A DNA stretch of 33,472 bases, from positions 1 to 33,472 of the forward strand of contig JBDGST010000082.1 in the NCBI GenBank assembly GCA_042217365.1, given 5' to 3'. This document shows positions 1 to 9,139 of this stretch, piece by piece (the stretch's first letter is position 1; every line of letters starts with the position of its first letter). This DNA is from Haloarculaceae archaeon. GTDB taxonomy: Archaea > Halobacteriota > Halobacteria > Halobacteriales > Haloarculaceae. Under the pieces are notes generated by a model. That model did not search any database. It was not told where the DNA came from and was given only the letters and a program-made list of their open reading frames with translations. The translations under genes and the position numbers were made by a program.

Positions 1-690
1 GGCCTCGTGCTCGCCGCCGCCGACGCGGTAGGCGTCCTCGTTGAACTTCGGCAGCTGACCGGTGCCGCGCATCGACCGCGAGGAGACCGGGATCGGCGGG
101 TGGACGTCCGTGTACCCCTGCTCGCGGTGGACGTCGAGCATGAACTGGATGAGGGCGTGTTCGAGGCGGGCGCCGTCGCCCTGCAGGAAGTAGAAGCCGC
201 CGCCGGTCACCTTCGCGCCGCGGTCGAAGCTCAGGATGTTGAGCTCCTCCCCGAGGTCGTAGTGCGGAACGGGGTCCGCGGGGGCGTCGTGGTCCGCGAA
301 GAACTCGCGGCGCACCTCGACGTTGTCGGTTTCGTCCTCGCCGGGCGGGACGTCCTCGTGGGGGACGTTCGGAACTTCGAGCAGGCGCCGCTCCAGCTCG
401 GCGTCCAGCTCCTCGGCCCGCTCTTCGACCGCCTCGATGCGCTCTTTGAGGTCCTGGGACTCCTCGATGGCCGCCCGGGCCTCCTCTTCTTCGCCCTCCT
501 GTTTGAGCTGGCCGATCCGGCTGCTGACCTCGTTTCGCCGGTGGCGCAGGTCGTCGCCCTCCGCCTTCAGGTCGCGCCACTCCTCGTCGAGCGCGAGGAT
601 CTCGTCGAGGTCGACGTCGTCGTTGTGCCGGAGTTCGAGGCCATCGCGGACGGCCTCGGGGTGCTCCCGCACGAAGCGCCTGCTTAACAT
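1..690 (-). CDS. serS: Seryl-tRNA synthetase, N-terminal ~230 codons (gene continues past window start)
   Basis: Reverse-strand ORF open to position 1 with ATG at 688-690. Translation begins MLSRRFVREHPEAVRDGLELR followed by a long coiled-coil arm, then FYFLQGDGARLEHALIQFMLD and GQLPKFNEDAYRV, which are typical SerS N-terminal arm and class-II core start. Not in the ORF track because it has no in-window stop. Confidence 0.85.
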   Translation of the reverse strand, partial: MLSRRFVREHPEAVRDGLELRHNDDVDLDEILALDEEWRDLKAEGDDLRHRRNEVSSRIGQLKQEGEEEEARAAIEESQDLKERIEAVEERAEELDAELERRLLEVPNVPHEDVPPGEDETDNVEVRREFFADHDAPADPVPHYDLGEELNILSFDRGAKVTGGGFYFLQGDGARLEHALIQFMLDVHREQGYTDVHPPIPVSSRSMRGTGQLPKFNEDAYRVGGGEHEA

Positions 691-864
691 GGGCGTGGGT
701 TCTGGACGGGCGGAATTAGGCGTGTCGGTCGCGTGTGAGGCCGTCCCGACCCGTCGACGAGCCGCCAGCTCCCCCGGCTGTGAGCGTTTGCCGGCCGGGC
801 GGCCGTCGAGGCCGGTGGCGGCGTCGAACCGACGTTCCTATGGGCGACGCGCCGAAGGTCCGCC

Positions 865-1785
865 ATGGACGAATCGCTGCCTGCCGGGGCGGGTGGGTCG
901 ACCGCGCACGCGGACTCTCCCGCCGACCGGTCGACGGGCGACCCGGCGACAGTGGACCTGGACGGCCGGACGCTCGCGTACGCCGAGTACGGCGACCCCG
1001 AGGGGACGCCGGTGTTCGCGTTCCACGGCGTGCTCGGCTCCCGGCTCACGTGGGCGCTCTGTGACGGCGTGGCCCGCGAGTCGGGGATCCGCGTCGTCGC
1101 GCCCGAGCGCCCCGGCTTCGGCCACTCAGCGTTCCAGCCCCGCCGGCGGCTGCTCGACTGGCCCGGCGACGTGGCCGCGCTGGCCGACCGCCTCGGCGTC
1201 GACCGGTTCGGCGTCGTCGGCTTCTCGGCCGGCGGGCCACACGCCGCCGCCTGCGCGCACGCGGTGCCCGACAGGCTCCGCGGGGTCGCGCTCGCCAGCG
1301 CCGTCGCGCCGCCCGGGACGTACGACCGCGCCGACCCGTTCAACCGCGCGCTCCTGTCGGCGACGCGGTTCGTCCCGGGGTTCTCGCAACTGGCGTTCGG
1401 CGTCGGCGCCTGGTCGGCGCGCTACGCCCGCCCGCAGTTCCGGCGGTCGATCGTCGCCACCGCCGGCGGGCCCGACCGGGACCTGTTCGACGAACCCGCG
1501 GGCGACCACCTGCTCGCGGACGCCGCGGAGGCCTTCCGACAGGGCGGCCGCGGGCCGGCCCGCGACCTGCCGCTGGTCGGCAACGACTGGGGGTTCGACG
1601 TCCGCGATATCGACCGCCACGTGTCGCTGTTCCACGGCCGGGCCGACGAGACGGTCACGCCCGGTCTGGCCCGCGCGTTCGCCGACCGCCTGCCGGACTG
1701 CGACCTCCGCCTCTCCGAGGAGGCGCACTACTCGACGTACGTCCGAAACCGGGAAGCGATCCTCCGGGCGGCGGCCGGGCAGTGA
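865..1785 (+). CDS. Alpha/beta-fold hydrolase
   Basis: 306-aa ORF with high GC3. HGVLGSR oxyanion-hole-like motif and a GFSAGG nucleophile elbow (G-x-S-x-G). Overlapping minus-strand ORFs are R/P/S-rich frame artefacts. Confidence 0.75.
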   Translation: MDESLPAGAGGSTAHADSPADRSTGDPATVDLDGRTLAYAEYGDPEGTPVFAFHGVLGSRLTWALCDGVARESGIRVVAPERPGFGHSAFQPRRRLLDWPGDVAALADRLGVDRFGVVGFSAGGPHAAACAHAVPDRLRGVALASAVAPPGTYDRADPFNRALLSATRFVPGFSQLAFGVGAWSARYARPQFRRSIVATAGGPDRDLFDEPAGDHLLADAAEAFRQGGRGPARDLPLVGNDWGFDVRDIDRHVSLFHGRADETVTPGLARAFADRLPDCDLRLSEEAHYSTYVRNREAILRAAAGQ

Positions 1786-1946
1786 GACTGTCGGCTGTAG
1801 CTCCGTGACGGCCCGGCCGGTGACGATACTGACGGACGGAACTGTTGATAGAGTTCGCCGCCACGACGTTCCGGCGAACCGCTATCAGGGCTTCCGTCCG
1901 CCAGTCGAGGACCCACTCTTTTCTCTGTCCCGGCCCGGTGTCGGGT

Positions 1947-3101
1947 ATGGACGCGAACGCAGACGTCCGCGACCTCGCGCGGGAGCTCGTGGCGATCCCG
2001 AGCCACGAGCGCGAGGCGGCGGCGGGCGACCTCGTCGAGGAGTGGCTCTCCGAACACACCAGGGCCGACGTGACCCGGGACGACGCCGGCGCGGACGCGG
2101 GCCGCGGGGGGAACGTCGTCGCGGTGAAGGGCGAGGGGGAGACGACGCTCGCGCTGGTCGGCCACCACGACGTCGTCCCACCGGACGACCGCCAGACCGA
2201 CGACGGCGACTACGTCGTCGAGGAACGGGACGGACGCCTGTACGGCCGCGGCGCGGCCGACATGAAGGGCGCGCTGGCGGCCGCGATGTGTGCCTTCCGG
2301 GACGCGGACCCGGCGTGCGAACTCGCCTTCGCCTCGTTCGTCGGGGAGGAGGACGGCGGCGTCGGCGCCCGGCACGCCGTCGACGAGGGGTTCGTCCCCG
2401 ACTACGCCGTCGTCGGGGAGGGGTCGACCGGCTACTCCGCGCCCGGCGTGACCGACGTCGCCGTCGCGCACAAGGGCCGGCGCGGGTCGACGCTCGTCGC
2501 CGAGGGCCGGGCCGCCCACGCGAGCGAACCAGAGGCCGGCGAGAACGCCATCTACCGGATGGCCGACGCCGTCGAAGCGGTCCGGGACCTGTCCGCGCCC
2601 GAGGCCGAGGTCCTGGGCCACCGACTGCGCGGGAGCGTCGCGGTCACGGAGATCGAGGGCGGGTCGGCCTGGAACGTGATCCCCGACCGCTGCACGGCGA
2701 CGGTCGACGAGCGGACGGTGCCCGGCGAGCGCGTCCCGACGGACTGGGTGGCCGACCTCGCGGGCGTCGCCTGGGAGGTCGACCAGGACCTCCCGCCGAT
2801 GGCGTGTTCCGACCCCGCCTTCGCCGACGCCGTCCTCGACGCCGCGGCGGCCGTCCACGGACGCGCGGGGGAGTCGGAGACGGAGAGTGGTGGGGGCGCA
2901 CCCGGCGACGGCGCACCGGAGCAGGTCGTCAAGCCACACGCCACGGACGCCGGGTGGCTCGCCGACGCGGGGGCCGCCTGCGTGGTCTGTGGCCCGGCCG
3001 AACCCGGCGAGGCCCACACCGCCGACGAGAGCGTCTCGCTCGACGTCCTCGACCGGTGTTACGGGGTCTACCGCCGCGTGGCCGAGTCGTGGGACGCGTG
3101 A
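1947..3101 (+). CDS. M20-family metallopeptidase/deacylase (ArgE/DapE-like)
   Basis: Start moved to ATG 1947 (MDANADVRDLARELVAIPSHE). Motifs HHDVVP, GRGAADMKG and GEEDGG metal-binding pattern characteristic of M20 peptidases. The upstream extension to 1845 is low-complexity. Confidence 0.8.
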   Translation: MDANADVRDLARELVAIPSHEREAAAGDLVEEWLSEHTRADVTRDDAGADAGRGGNVVAVKGEGETTLALVGHHDVVPPDDRQTDDGDYVVEERDGRLYGRGAADMKGALAAAMCAFRDADPACELAFASFVGEEDGGVGARHAVDEGFVPDYAVVGEGSTGYSAPGVTDVAVAHKGRRGSTLVAEGRAAHASEPEAGENAIYRMADAVEAVRDLSAPEAEVLGHRLRGSVAVTEIEGGSAWNVIPDRCTATVDERTVPGERVPTDWVADLAGVAWEVDQDLPPMACSDPAFADAVLDAAAAVHGRAGESETESGGGAPGDGAPEQVVKPHATDAGWLADAGAACVVCGPAEPGEAHTADESVSLDVLDRCYGVYRRVAESWDA

Positions 3102-3159
3102 TCCCGGTCTCCGACGGAGCGGCGGAGTCCTTTTCCGGGACCGACCCCGAACCGGACCC

Positions 3160-3813
3160 GTGCGACGCCGAGCGTTCCTCGCGGCGTGTGCGACCGCCGG
3201 CTTCACCGGCTGTGGGAGCGCGGGCGCCGGCGACGGGACCGGCTCGACGGGCGATCCCCCGGCGACCGACGGCGCAGTCGCTTCCCCGACCGATCCCGCC
3301 GTCGCGTCAGCGACCGACACCGGACCGGGGACCGGCACGCGCTCGACCGACGGACCCGGCGCCGCGGCGACGACTCGCGCCACGCCGACGACTCGCGCCA
3401 CGCCGACGCCGGCTGTCTTCCCCGGCTACGAGACGACCGCGGTACGCGCGACGACGCCGGAGGGCGACCCGCTGGGGTCGGTGACGGCGGCCGTCGCCGA
3501 CACCCCCGAGTTGCGGTACACGGGGTTGAGCGACACCGGGCGACTCCCGGCGGACTACGGGATGCTGTTCGTCTACGGCGCCGTCTCCGACCGAGTGTTC
3601 GTCATGCGGCGGATGGACTTCGGGATCGACGTCGTCTACGCCGACGACGAGGGCGTCGTCACGCGGGTTCACCACGCGCCCGAACCCGGGCCGGACGAGG
3701 TCGGCGACGACCAGGAGTACCCCGGCCGCGGGCGGTACGTTCTCGAAGTGAACTACGGGTGGACGACCGAGCACGGCGTCGGAGAGGGCGACGTCCTCCG
3801 GTTCGATCTGTGA
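3160..3813 (+). CDS. DUF192-like secreted lipoprotein (Tat signal plus lipobox)
   Basis: GTG 3160 gives MRRRAFLAACATAGFTGC (twin-arginine plus lipobox Cys), followed by a T/P/A-rich linker and a C-terminal domain with MRRMDFGIDVVYADDEGVV resembling DUF192 (COG1430). Start codon uncertain; no in-frame ATG nearby. Confidence 0.55.
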   Translation: MRRRAFLAACATAGFTGCGSAGAGDGTGSTGDPPATDGAVASPTDPAVASATDTGPGTGTRSTDGPGAAATTRATPTTRATPTPAVFPGYETTAVRATTPEGDPLGSVTAAVADTPELRYTGLSDTGRLPADYGMLFVYGAVSDRVFVMRRMDFGIDVVYADDEGVVTRVHHAPEPGPDEVGDDQEYPGRGRYVLEVNYGWTTEHGVGEGDVLRFDL

Positions 3814-3957
3814 GCCTGGAACGCGCGTCTCGGCGTCCGCCGGAACCGCAGGATCCACGGGGGTCCGGAAGTGCAGGCGTCCTTGCGGTCGCCGAAAGAG
3901 CCTGCACGCGTCGCCGCGGAACCAGGGTTCATGGCAGTCCGGCCGTAATCGGGGGAC

Positions 3958-5475
3958 ATGGCGACCGAATCCCCCGACGAAGCGACGGAAGCGCCGGAAC
4001 CTTACCCCGAGTTCGTCGACCACGTCGAGCGCCTCTCGTACGTCCAGGACGCCGCGGGTGTCCTGGGCTGGGACCAGCAGGTCACGATGCCCGAGGGCGG
4101 CACGCCCGCCCGGTCGAAGCAGTCCTCCGCGCTGTCCTCGGTGTCACACGACCTGCTGACCGACGACCGCGTGGCCGAGTGGCTCGACGACCTGGACGAC
4201 GCCGACCTCGACGCCGGGCATCGGGCGGTCGTCCGCGAGATCCGCCGCGAGCACGAGCGCGCCGCGGAAGTCCCCGAGGAGCTCGTCGCCGAGATATCGG
4301 AGACGGCCTCGAACGCACTGCCCGTCTGGGAGGAGGCCAAGGCCGAGGACGACTTCGACGCCTTCGCCCCGACGCTGGAGAAGATGGTCGAACTGAAACG
4401 CGAGTACGCCGCGGCCATCGACCCCGACCGGGACCCCTACGAGGTGCTGTTCGAGGACTACGAGCCCTACCTCGGGCTGGACACCGCCGAGCGCGTCCTC
4501 GAACGGCTCCGGGACGAACTCGTGCCGCTGATCGACGAGATCAAGGCCAGCGACGCCGACCTGGCGAACCCATTCGCGGACGGCGAGTACGACCCCGACG
4601 ACCAGGAGGCGCTCGTCCGGGAGGCGCTGGACGACCTGGGATACGACTGGGAGCGGGGCCGCCTGGACACCGCGCCCCATCCCTTCTCGACCGGGAACCA
4701 GTTCGACGCCCGCGTGACGACGCGGTTCGACCCCGCGGACCCGATGGGCGCCGTCGGTTCGACGATACACGAGTTCGGGCACGCCACCTACACGCTCGGC
4801 CTCCCGGACGAGCACTACGGCACGCCGCTGGGCCAGTCGCGGGACCTGACCGTCCACGAGTCACAGTCGCGGCTCTGGGAGAACCACGTCGGCCGCTCGC
4901 GCGCGTTCTGGGAGTTCTTCGCGCCGCGCGTCGAGGAACACCTCGGCGTCGACGCCTCGCCGCGCCGGCTCTACGAGGCGGCCAACCAAATATATCCGGA
5001 GAACCTCATCCGCGTCGAGGCGGACGAACTCACCTACCACATGCACATCGTCCTCCGGTTCGAGATCGAGCGCGACCTGATCGCGGGCGACCTCGACGTC
5101 GCGGAGGTGCCCCAGGTCTGGAACGACAAGACCGAGGAGTACCTCGGCGTGCGCCCCGAGACCGACAGCGAGGGCTGCCTCCAGGACATCCACTGGACGC
5201 ACGGCTCGCTGGGCTACTTCCCGACGTACTCGCTGGGGAGCGTCCTCGCGGCCCAGCTGTACGACAGCCTGGCCGCCGACGTGGGTGACGTCGACCGACT
5301 CGTCCGCGAGGGCGAGTTCGACCCGCTCCACGAGTGGCTGACCGAGCACGTCCACCGCCACGGCTGCCGGTACGAGACCGACGACCTCGTCCGCGAGGCC
5401 ACCGGCGAGTCGTTCACGGCCGACTACTTCCTCGACTACGCCCGCGAGAAGTTCGGGAGCCTCTACGACCTGTAG
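3958..5475 (+). CDS. M32 carboxypeptidase (Taq-type metallocarboxypeptidase)
   Basis: 505 aa with HEFGHATY (HEXXH), HESQSRLWEN and DIHWTHGSLGYFPTYSLG, which are hallmark M32 motifs. Confidence 0.9.
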   Translation: MATESPDEATEAPEPYPEFVDHVERLSYVQDAAGVLGWDQQVTMPEGGTPARSKQSSALSSVSHDLLTDDRVAEWLDDLDDADLDAGHRAVVREIRREHERAAEVPEELVAEISETASNALPVWEEAKAEDDFDAFAPTLEKMVELKREYAAAIDPDRDPYEVLFEDYEPYLGLDTAERVLERLRDELVPLIDEIKASDADLANPFADGEYDPDDQEALVREALDDLGYDWERGRLDTAPHPFSTGNQFDARVTTRFDPADPMGAVGSTIHEFGHATYTLGLPDEHYGTPLGQSRDLTVHESQSRLWENHVGRSRAFWEFFAPRVEEHLGVDASPRRLYEAANQIYPENLIRVEADELTYHMHIVLRFEIERDLIAGDLDVAEVPQVWNDKTEEYLGVRPETDSEGCLQDIHWTHGSLGYFPTYSLGSVLAAQLYDSLAADVGDVDRLVREGEFDPLHEWLTEHVHRHGCRYETDDLVREATGESFTADYFLDYAREKFGSLYDL

Positions 5476-5497
5476 CCGGACGGAACGCCCGACCGGT

Positions 5498-6103
5498 TCA
5501 CGCCAGATTCAGCAGGAACCCGACGATACCGACGACGAGCGTGAGGACGAGTGCCTTCCCCGCGTCGACGCGGTGGCTCACGGCGAGGCCGTACCCCTGG
5601 ATCGCGGCCTTCCACAGCGTGCTGACGAGGCTCACGAGGAGCAACAGCGGCGAGTTGAAACTGGCCGCCCGCCGGAAGAACGCCGCGGCGGCCTCGGGGT
5701 CCGCGGGGGTCTGTCCGGCCAGGTTGAGGAGCGCGACGGTGGTCACCGGGAGGACGACGATCCCGACGAGTTCCGCCTCCCCGACGACCGCGAGGGTCGT
5801 GCCGAAGCCCCGCTCGGCGTCGGCGAACCACATGAACACGTGGACGATCGCGGCGAGCAGGACCCAGCCGACGACGACGCCGAAGAACGCGGCGACGAGG
5901 CCGCCGGAGACGGCCGACCGGATCTCCGACTCCGCTCCCGGCGGGGCGTCTACCCGGGCGACGACTCGCTGCATGAACAGCCAGATCGCGACGGTGATAG
6001 CGAGCGCCTCGGCGACGACCACGCCGGCGCCGACGGCCAGCGAGGGACGGTTCCGGCGCTCGAAGTACTCGGAGGGGCTCCGGAGGGGGGTTCTGGGGAC
6101 CAT
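5498..6103 (-). CDS. Yip1-like multi-pass membrane protein
   Basis: Minus-strand ORF with 4-5 hydrophobic helices (AVGAGVVVAEALAITVAIWLF, GGLVAAFFGVVVGWVLLAAIVHVF ...). Start placed at ATG 6103 (MVPRTPL...) to avoid overlap with the small zinc-finger gene. The longer 6229 start is possible. Confidence 0.55.
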   Translation of the reverse strand: MVPRTPLRSPSEYFERRNRPSLAVGAGVVVAEALAITVAIWLFMQRVVARVDAPPGAESEIRSAVSGGLVAAFFGVVVGWVLLAAIVHVFMWFADAERGFGTTLAVVGEAELVGIVVLPVTTVALLNLAGQTPADPEAAAAFFRRAASFNSPLLLLVSLVSTLWKAAIQGYGLAVSHRVDAGKALVLTLVVGIVGFLLNLA

Positions 6104-6186
6104 ACCGCTCGTGTCGCATCGCCGGGATAAGTTTTCTTCCCCTCCTGTCCTCCCCGGCGCCGCGACCGGGACCGGTTCAGGCCGAG

Positions 6187-6321
6187 TCAGTCGTTCCGTT
6201 CGAACCGGTTCATTCGACAGATCGGACAACAGGCGGGCGTCTCGTCTCGCGGCACGATAAACTGCGAGTCGCAGGCCTTGCAGGCGTACGTTTTCCCCCG
6301 GTCCCGGGTCAGTTCGGCCAT
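6187..6321 (-). CDS. Small zinc-ribbon protein (44 aa), not in ORF track
   Basis: Translation MAELTRDRGKTYACKACDSQFIVPRDETPACCPICRMNRFERND has two Cys pairs (CKAC ... CPIC) forming a C4 zinc ribbon. High GC3 codons. Lies in the gap between the Yip1-like and E1 genes. Confidence 0.55.
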   Translation of the reverse strand: MAELTRDRGKTYACKACDSQFIVPRDETPACCPICRMNRFERND

Positions 6322-6473
6322 CGTGTTCCCACGTTCACGGCGTCAATTGTTAACTGTTGTCATTGATCGTTATCTTCCGGGGCGAGCGCGGCGACCCGCA
6401 CCGGTCCGTGCGAGCGTCCGTCCCGCCGGGACGCATCAGGCCGCTTATTCCCGTGGACGGGTTACGCGGGCGT

Positions 6474-7286
6474 ATGCCAGCGCCGGACCTGGACCCGGAG
6501 CAGCTCGACCGCTACTCGCGGCACGTCATCATGGACGAGGTCGGTCCCGAAGGGCAGGGGGCCCTGCTCGACGCCGCCGTGCTCGTCGTCGGGGCCGGCG
6601 GCCTCGGGTCGCCGGTCGTCCAGTACCTCGCGGCCGCGGGCGTCGGCACGCTGGGGATCGCCGACGACGACGCCGTCGAGCGCTCGAACCTTCAGCGCCA
6701 GGTGGTCCACCGCGACGCCGACGTCGGCCGCCCGAAGGTCGACAGCGCCGCCGAGTTCGTTTCCGACCTGAACCCGGACGTGGACGTGCGGACCCACGAG
6801 ACCCGTCTCACGGCGGACACCGCCGACCTCGTCGAGGCGTACGACTTCGTCGTCGACGCCTCGGACAACTTCCCGACGCGGTACCTCCTCAACGACGCCT
6901 GCACGCTGGCGGGCGTCCCGTTCTCCCACGGCGCGGTCTACCGGTTCGAGGGCCAGGTCACCACCTTCTCCGGCGACGGCCCCTGTTACCGCTGTGTGTT
7001 CCCCGAGGCACCGCCGGAGGGCGCCGTCCCGGACTGCGAGACGACGGGCGTCCTCGGCGTCCTCCCCGGGACCGTCGGCGCCATCCAGGCCACGGAGACG
7101 GTCAAGTACCTCGTCGGCGTCGGCGAGTCACTCGACGGCCGCCTCCTCGCGTACGACGCCGCCGAGATGACCGTCGACGAGGTGACCGTCCGCCGGAATC
7201 CGGACTGCCCGGTCTGTGGCGACGACCCCGCCGTGGCGTCCGTCCGCGACGTCGACTACGGCGACTCCTGCGCCATCGGCGACTGA
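6474..7286 (+). CDS. ubaA: E1-like ubiquitin-like-protein activating enzyme (ThiF/MoeB/UbaA family)
   Basis: Start at ATG 6474 (MPAPDLDPEQLDRYSRHV). Nucleotide-binding VLVVGAGGLGSP, DDDAVERSNLQRQ, and C-terminal CxxC ... CxxC zinc motif (CYRC ... CPVC). A single E1 of this type activates SAMPs/MoaD in haloarchaea (established knowledge). Confidence 0.85.
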   Translation: MPAPDLDPEQLDRYSRHVIMDEVGPEGQGALLDAAVLVVGAGGLGSPVVQYLAAAGVGTLGIADDDAVERSNLQRQVVHRDADVGRPKVDSAAEFVSDLNPDVDVRTHETRLTADTADLVEAYDFVVDASDNFPTRYLLNDACTLAGVPFSHGAVYRFEGQVTTFSGDGPCYRCVFPEAPPEGAVPDCETTGVLGVLPGTVGAIQATETVKYLVGVGESLDGRLLAYDAAEMTVDEVTVRRNPDCPVCGDDPAVASVRDVDYGDSCAIGD

Positions 7287-7565
7287 CCGGCCGGCCGGCG
7301 GGTCCGCTCCCGCCGTCTCCGCGCGTACCCGCGGTCGCCCGGTCGCCCGGCCGGCGGTCCCGGTCCCCTCGGACGAGTCGCCGACTGTTTACAGTCCCAG
7401 TCGCCCGTCCGGTGGGATCCCCGGACCCCTCGGACGAGTCTCCGGACGCTCACAGCTCAACTCGGGCGCCCGACCCGACCGATTCCTCCGGACTGAGAAC
7501 GCGCCAGCACCGATATCAGATGTGATATCTGGGAGAATACGCTTATTCTGTTTCGCGCGTTCGGT

Positions 7566-7973
7566 GTGACTGAACGCTCCCGCAGATCCGGTGATATATC
7601 AATGAAAGACGCTCGGGCGGGCGATATCGACCTCACGACGATTCGCTTCGAGCCGCCGGGCTACGTCGAACTCGTGTTCTCGACGGTGATACTGTGGGGG
7701 TTCGCCGACGCGGGGTCGACGCTCGTGGCCGTCCGCTCGGTCGGACCGGGCGGCGAGGCGAACCCCTGGATCCGGGTCCTGCTGACCCACCACCCGATGC
7801 TGATGGTCGCGCTGAAGGCGGCGGTCGTGCTCTACGTCGGGGTCGTCCTGCTGGAGTGTCGGCCGGTCGTCGAGCGCGTGCCCTACTGGCGGGGCTGGTT
7901 TCTCGGCATCCTCGCCCTGGGCGTGTGGATCGTCCTGACGAACCTCTACGTCGGGCTCTCGGTGCTCGCCTGA
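7566..7973 (+). CDS. Small integral membrane protein (3-4 TM)
   Basis: Hydrophobic segments VELVFSTVILWGFADAG, MLMVALKAAVVLYVGVVLL, GWFLGILALGVWIVLTNLYVGL. Alternative start ATG 7602. Its TGA stop is the first 3 nt of MITE-like copy 1. Confidence 0.5.
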   Translation: MTERSRRSGDISMKDARAGDIDLTTIRFEPPGYVELVFSTVILWGFADAGSTLVAVRSVGPGGEANPWIRVLLTHHPMLMVALKAAVVLYVGVVLLECRPVVERVPYWRGWFLGILALGVWIVLTNLYVGLSVLA

Positions 7974-8085
7974 TAGTGATTACTGCGAGTCTTTACCGCC
8001 GTGATGGCCCCGATCGGTGATGGTGGCCGCTCAATCGGCGTCTCTCGACACCGTTCCCGAGATCAGTCGCAGTAATCACTATGAG
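7971..8085 (+). mobile_element. MITE-like 110-bp palindromic element, copy 1
   Basis: TGATAGTGATTACTGCGA ... TCGCAGTAATCACTATGA: 16-bp perfect terminal inverted repeat (ATAGTGATTACTGCGA), 18 bp with one mismatch. No coding capacity. 96% identical to copy 2 at 11843-11957. Confidence 0.7.
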
Positions 8086-8170
8086 TTGGGCCGCTCTCGC
8101 CGATCCGTCTGCCGGGCGACGGCCGCCCGTCGAGGTTCGTCAATTCGGCCACCCGGATCCCCGTCCTGCG

Positions 8171-9067
8171 TCACAGCGGCCGGACGACGTCTCCGGGCGG
8201 GTCGTCGAACCGGTCGGGGTGGATCACGCCGGCGAGGTGTTCGAGCGTCTCGACCAGTCGCGGCCCGGGGCGGTTGACGTAGTGGTGACCGTCCACGGCG
8301 ACCGCGCGCCCGGCCGCGACGGCCGGGAGGTCGGTCCACCCCGGCCGGTCTTCGAGCGTCGCGCGCTCGGCCAGCGTCCGGTCGAGGTCGAACCCGCAGG
8401 GAGCGGCGACCAGCACCTCCGGGTCGTACTCGCGGATCTCGGCCCACTCGCGGGGACGCGAGCGCTCGCCGGTGTCCGCGAGGCCGTAGCGCCCGCCCGC
8501 CAGGTCGACGATCTGTGGCACCCAGTGGCCGGCGACCATCGCCGGCTCCAGCCAGTCGAGGACCGCCACGCGGGGCCGGTCGTCGACGGCGCTCGCGCGC
8601 TCGGCCACGGCGTCGACCCGCTCGCGCAGGTCGGCCACGAGGTCGGCGGCCCGGTCCGGTCGGCCGACGGCCGCGCCGATCCGTTCGATATCCGCGTACA
8701 GGTCCTCGAGGCTGTGCGTGTCGAGCGCCAGTACCTCGGCGTCGAGGCCGGTCTCCTCGACCGCCTCGCGAACGAGCACCGAGTCGACGGCACAGACGTC
8801 ACAGACGCCCTGGGAGATGACGAGGTCCGGGTCGGCGCGGGCGAGCGCCTCGCGGTCTATCTCGTAGACGCCGCCCGACGCCTCGGCGTCGGCTACCTGT
8901 TCGTTGATCTCGGCGCTCGACGCGTCGGGGTCGACCCGCGAGCGGTTCATCGACGGGAGCTCGGCCGCCGCCGGCGGGTAGTCACACTCGTGGGAGACGC
9001 CCGCGGGCTCGACGCCGAGGGCGAAACAGATCTCCGTCGCGGAGGGCAGCAGCGAGACGACGCGCAT
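8171..9067 (-). CDS. BtuF/FhuD-like substrate-binding protein (class III periplasmic-binding-protein fold) lacking a signal peptide
   Basis: Begins MRVVSLLPSATEICFALG (classic BtuF/FepB N-terminus) but has no signal peptide or lipobox and no adjacent permease/ATPase genes. Confidence 0.65.
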   Translation of the reverse strand: MRVVSLLPSATEICFALGVEPAGVSHECDYPPAAAELPSMNRSRVDPDASSAEINEQVADAEASGGVYEIDREALARADPDLVISQGVCDVCAVDSVLVREAVEETGLDAEVLALDTHSLEDLYADIERIGAAVGRPDRAADLVADLRERVDAVAERASAVDDRPRVAVLDWLEPAMVAGHWVPQIVDLAGGRYGLADTGERSRPREWAEIREYDPEVLVAAPCGFDLDRTLAERATLEDRPGWTDLPAVAAGRAVAVDGHHYVNRPGPRLVETLEHLAGVIHPDRFDDPPGDVVRPL

Positions 9068-9139
9068 ACCCGGGACAGGAACCGGCGCGACGAAAACCTG
9101 GCCCTCCCGGCGTCCGAGTGAGTCCCGCGCGGACAGCGG

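Noticed and set aside
323-3484. 1053-aa plus-strand ORF rich in R/S/P/T/A spanning three real genes. Similar long R/G/P-rich ORFs occur at 3186..5288, 6278..7525, 10429..11892, 12008..13777 and 15599..17074.
   Set aside because: Off-frame or antisense read-through typical of ~68% GC DNA, where stop codons are rare. Compositions are low-complexity with no motifs, and each overlaps a well-supported gene in another frame.
7592-7600. GATATATCA directly upstream of ATG 7602 as a TATA box.
   Set aside because: It is only 2 nt from the ATG, so it cannot be a TATA box for that start. This leaves the choice between the 7566 and 7602 starts unresolved rather than supporting a promoter call.
8081-9121. 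346-aa plus ORF starting at the ATG that terminates MITE copy 1.
   Set aside because: It is antisense to the BtuF-like gene, which has a strong family signature, and it is low-complexity. The ATG belongs to the element's terminal repeat (...CACTATGAG).
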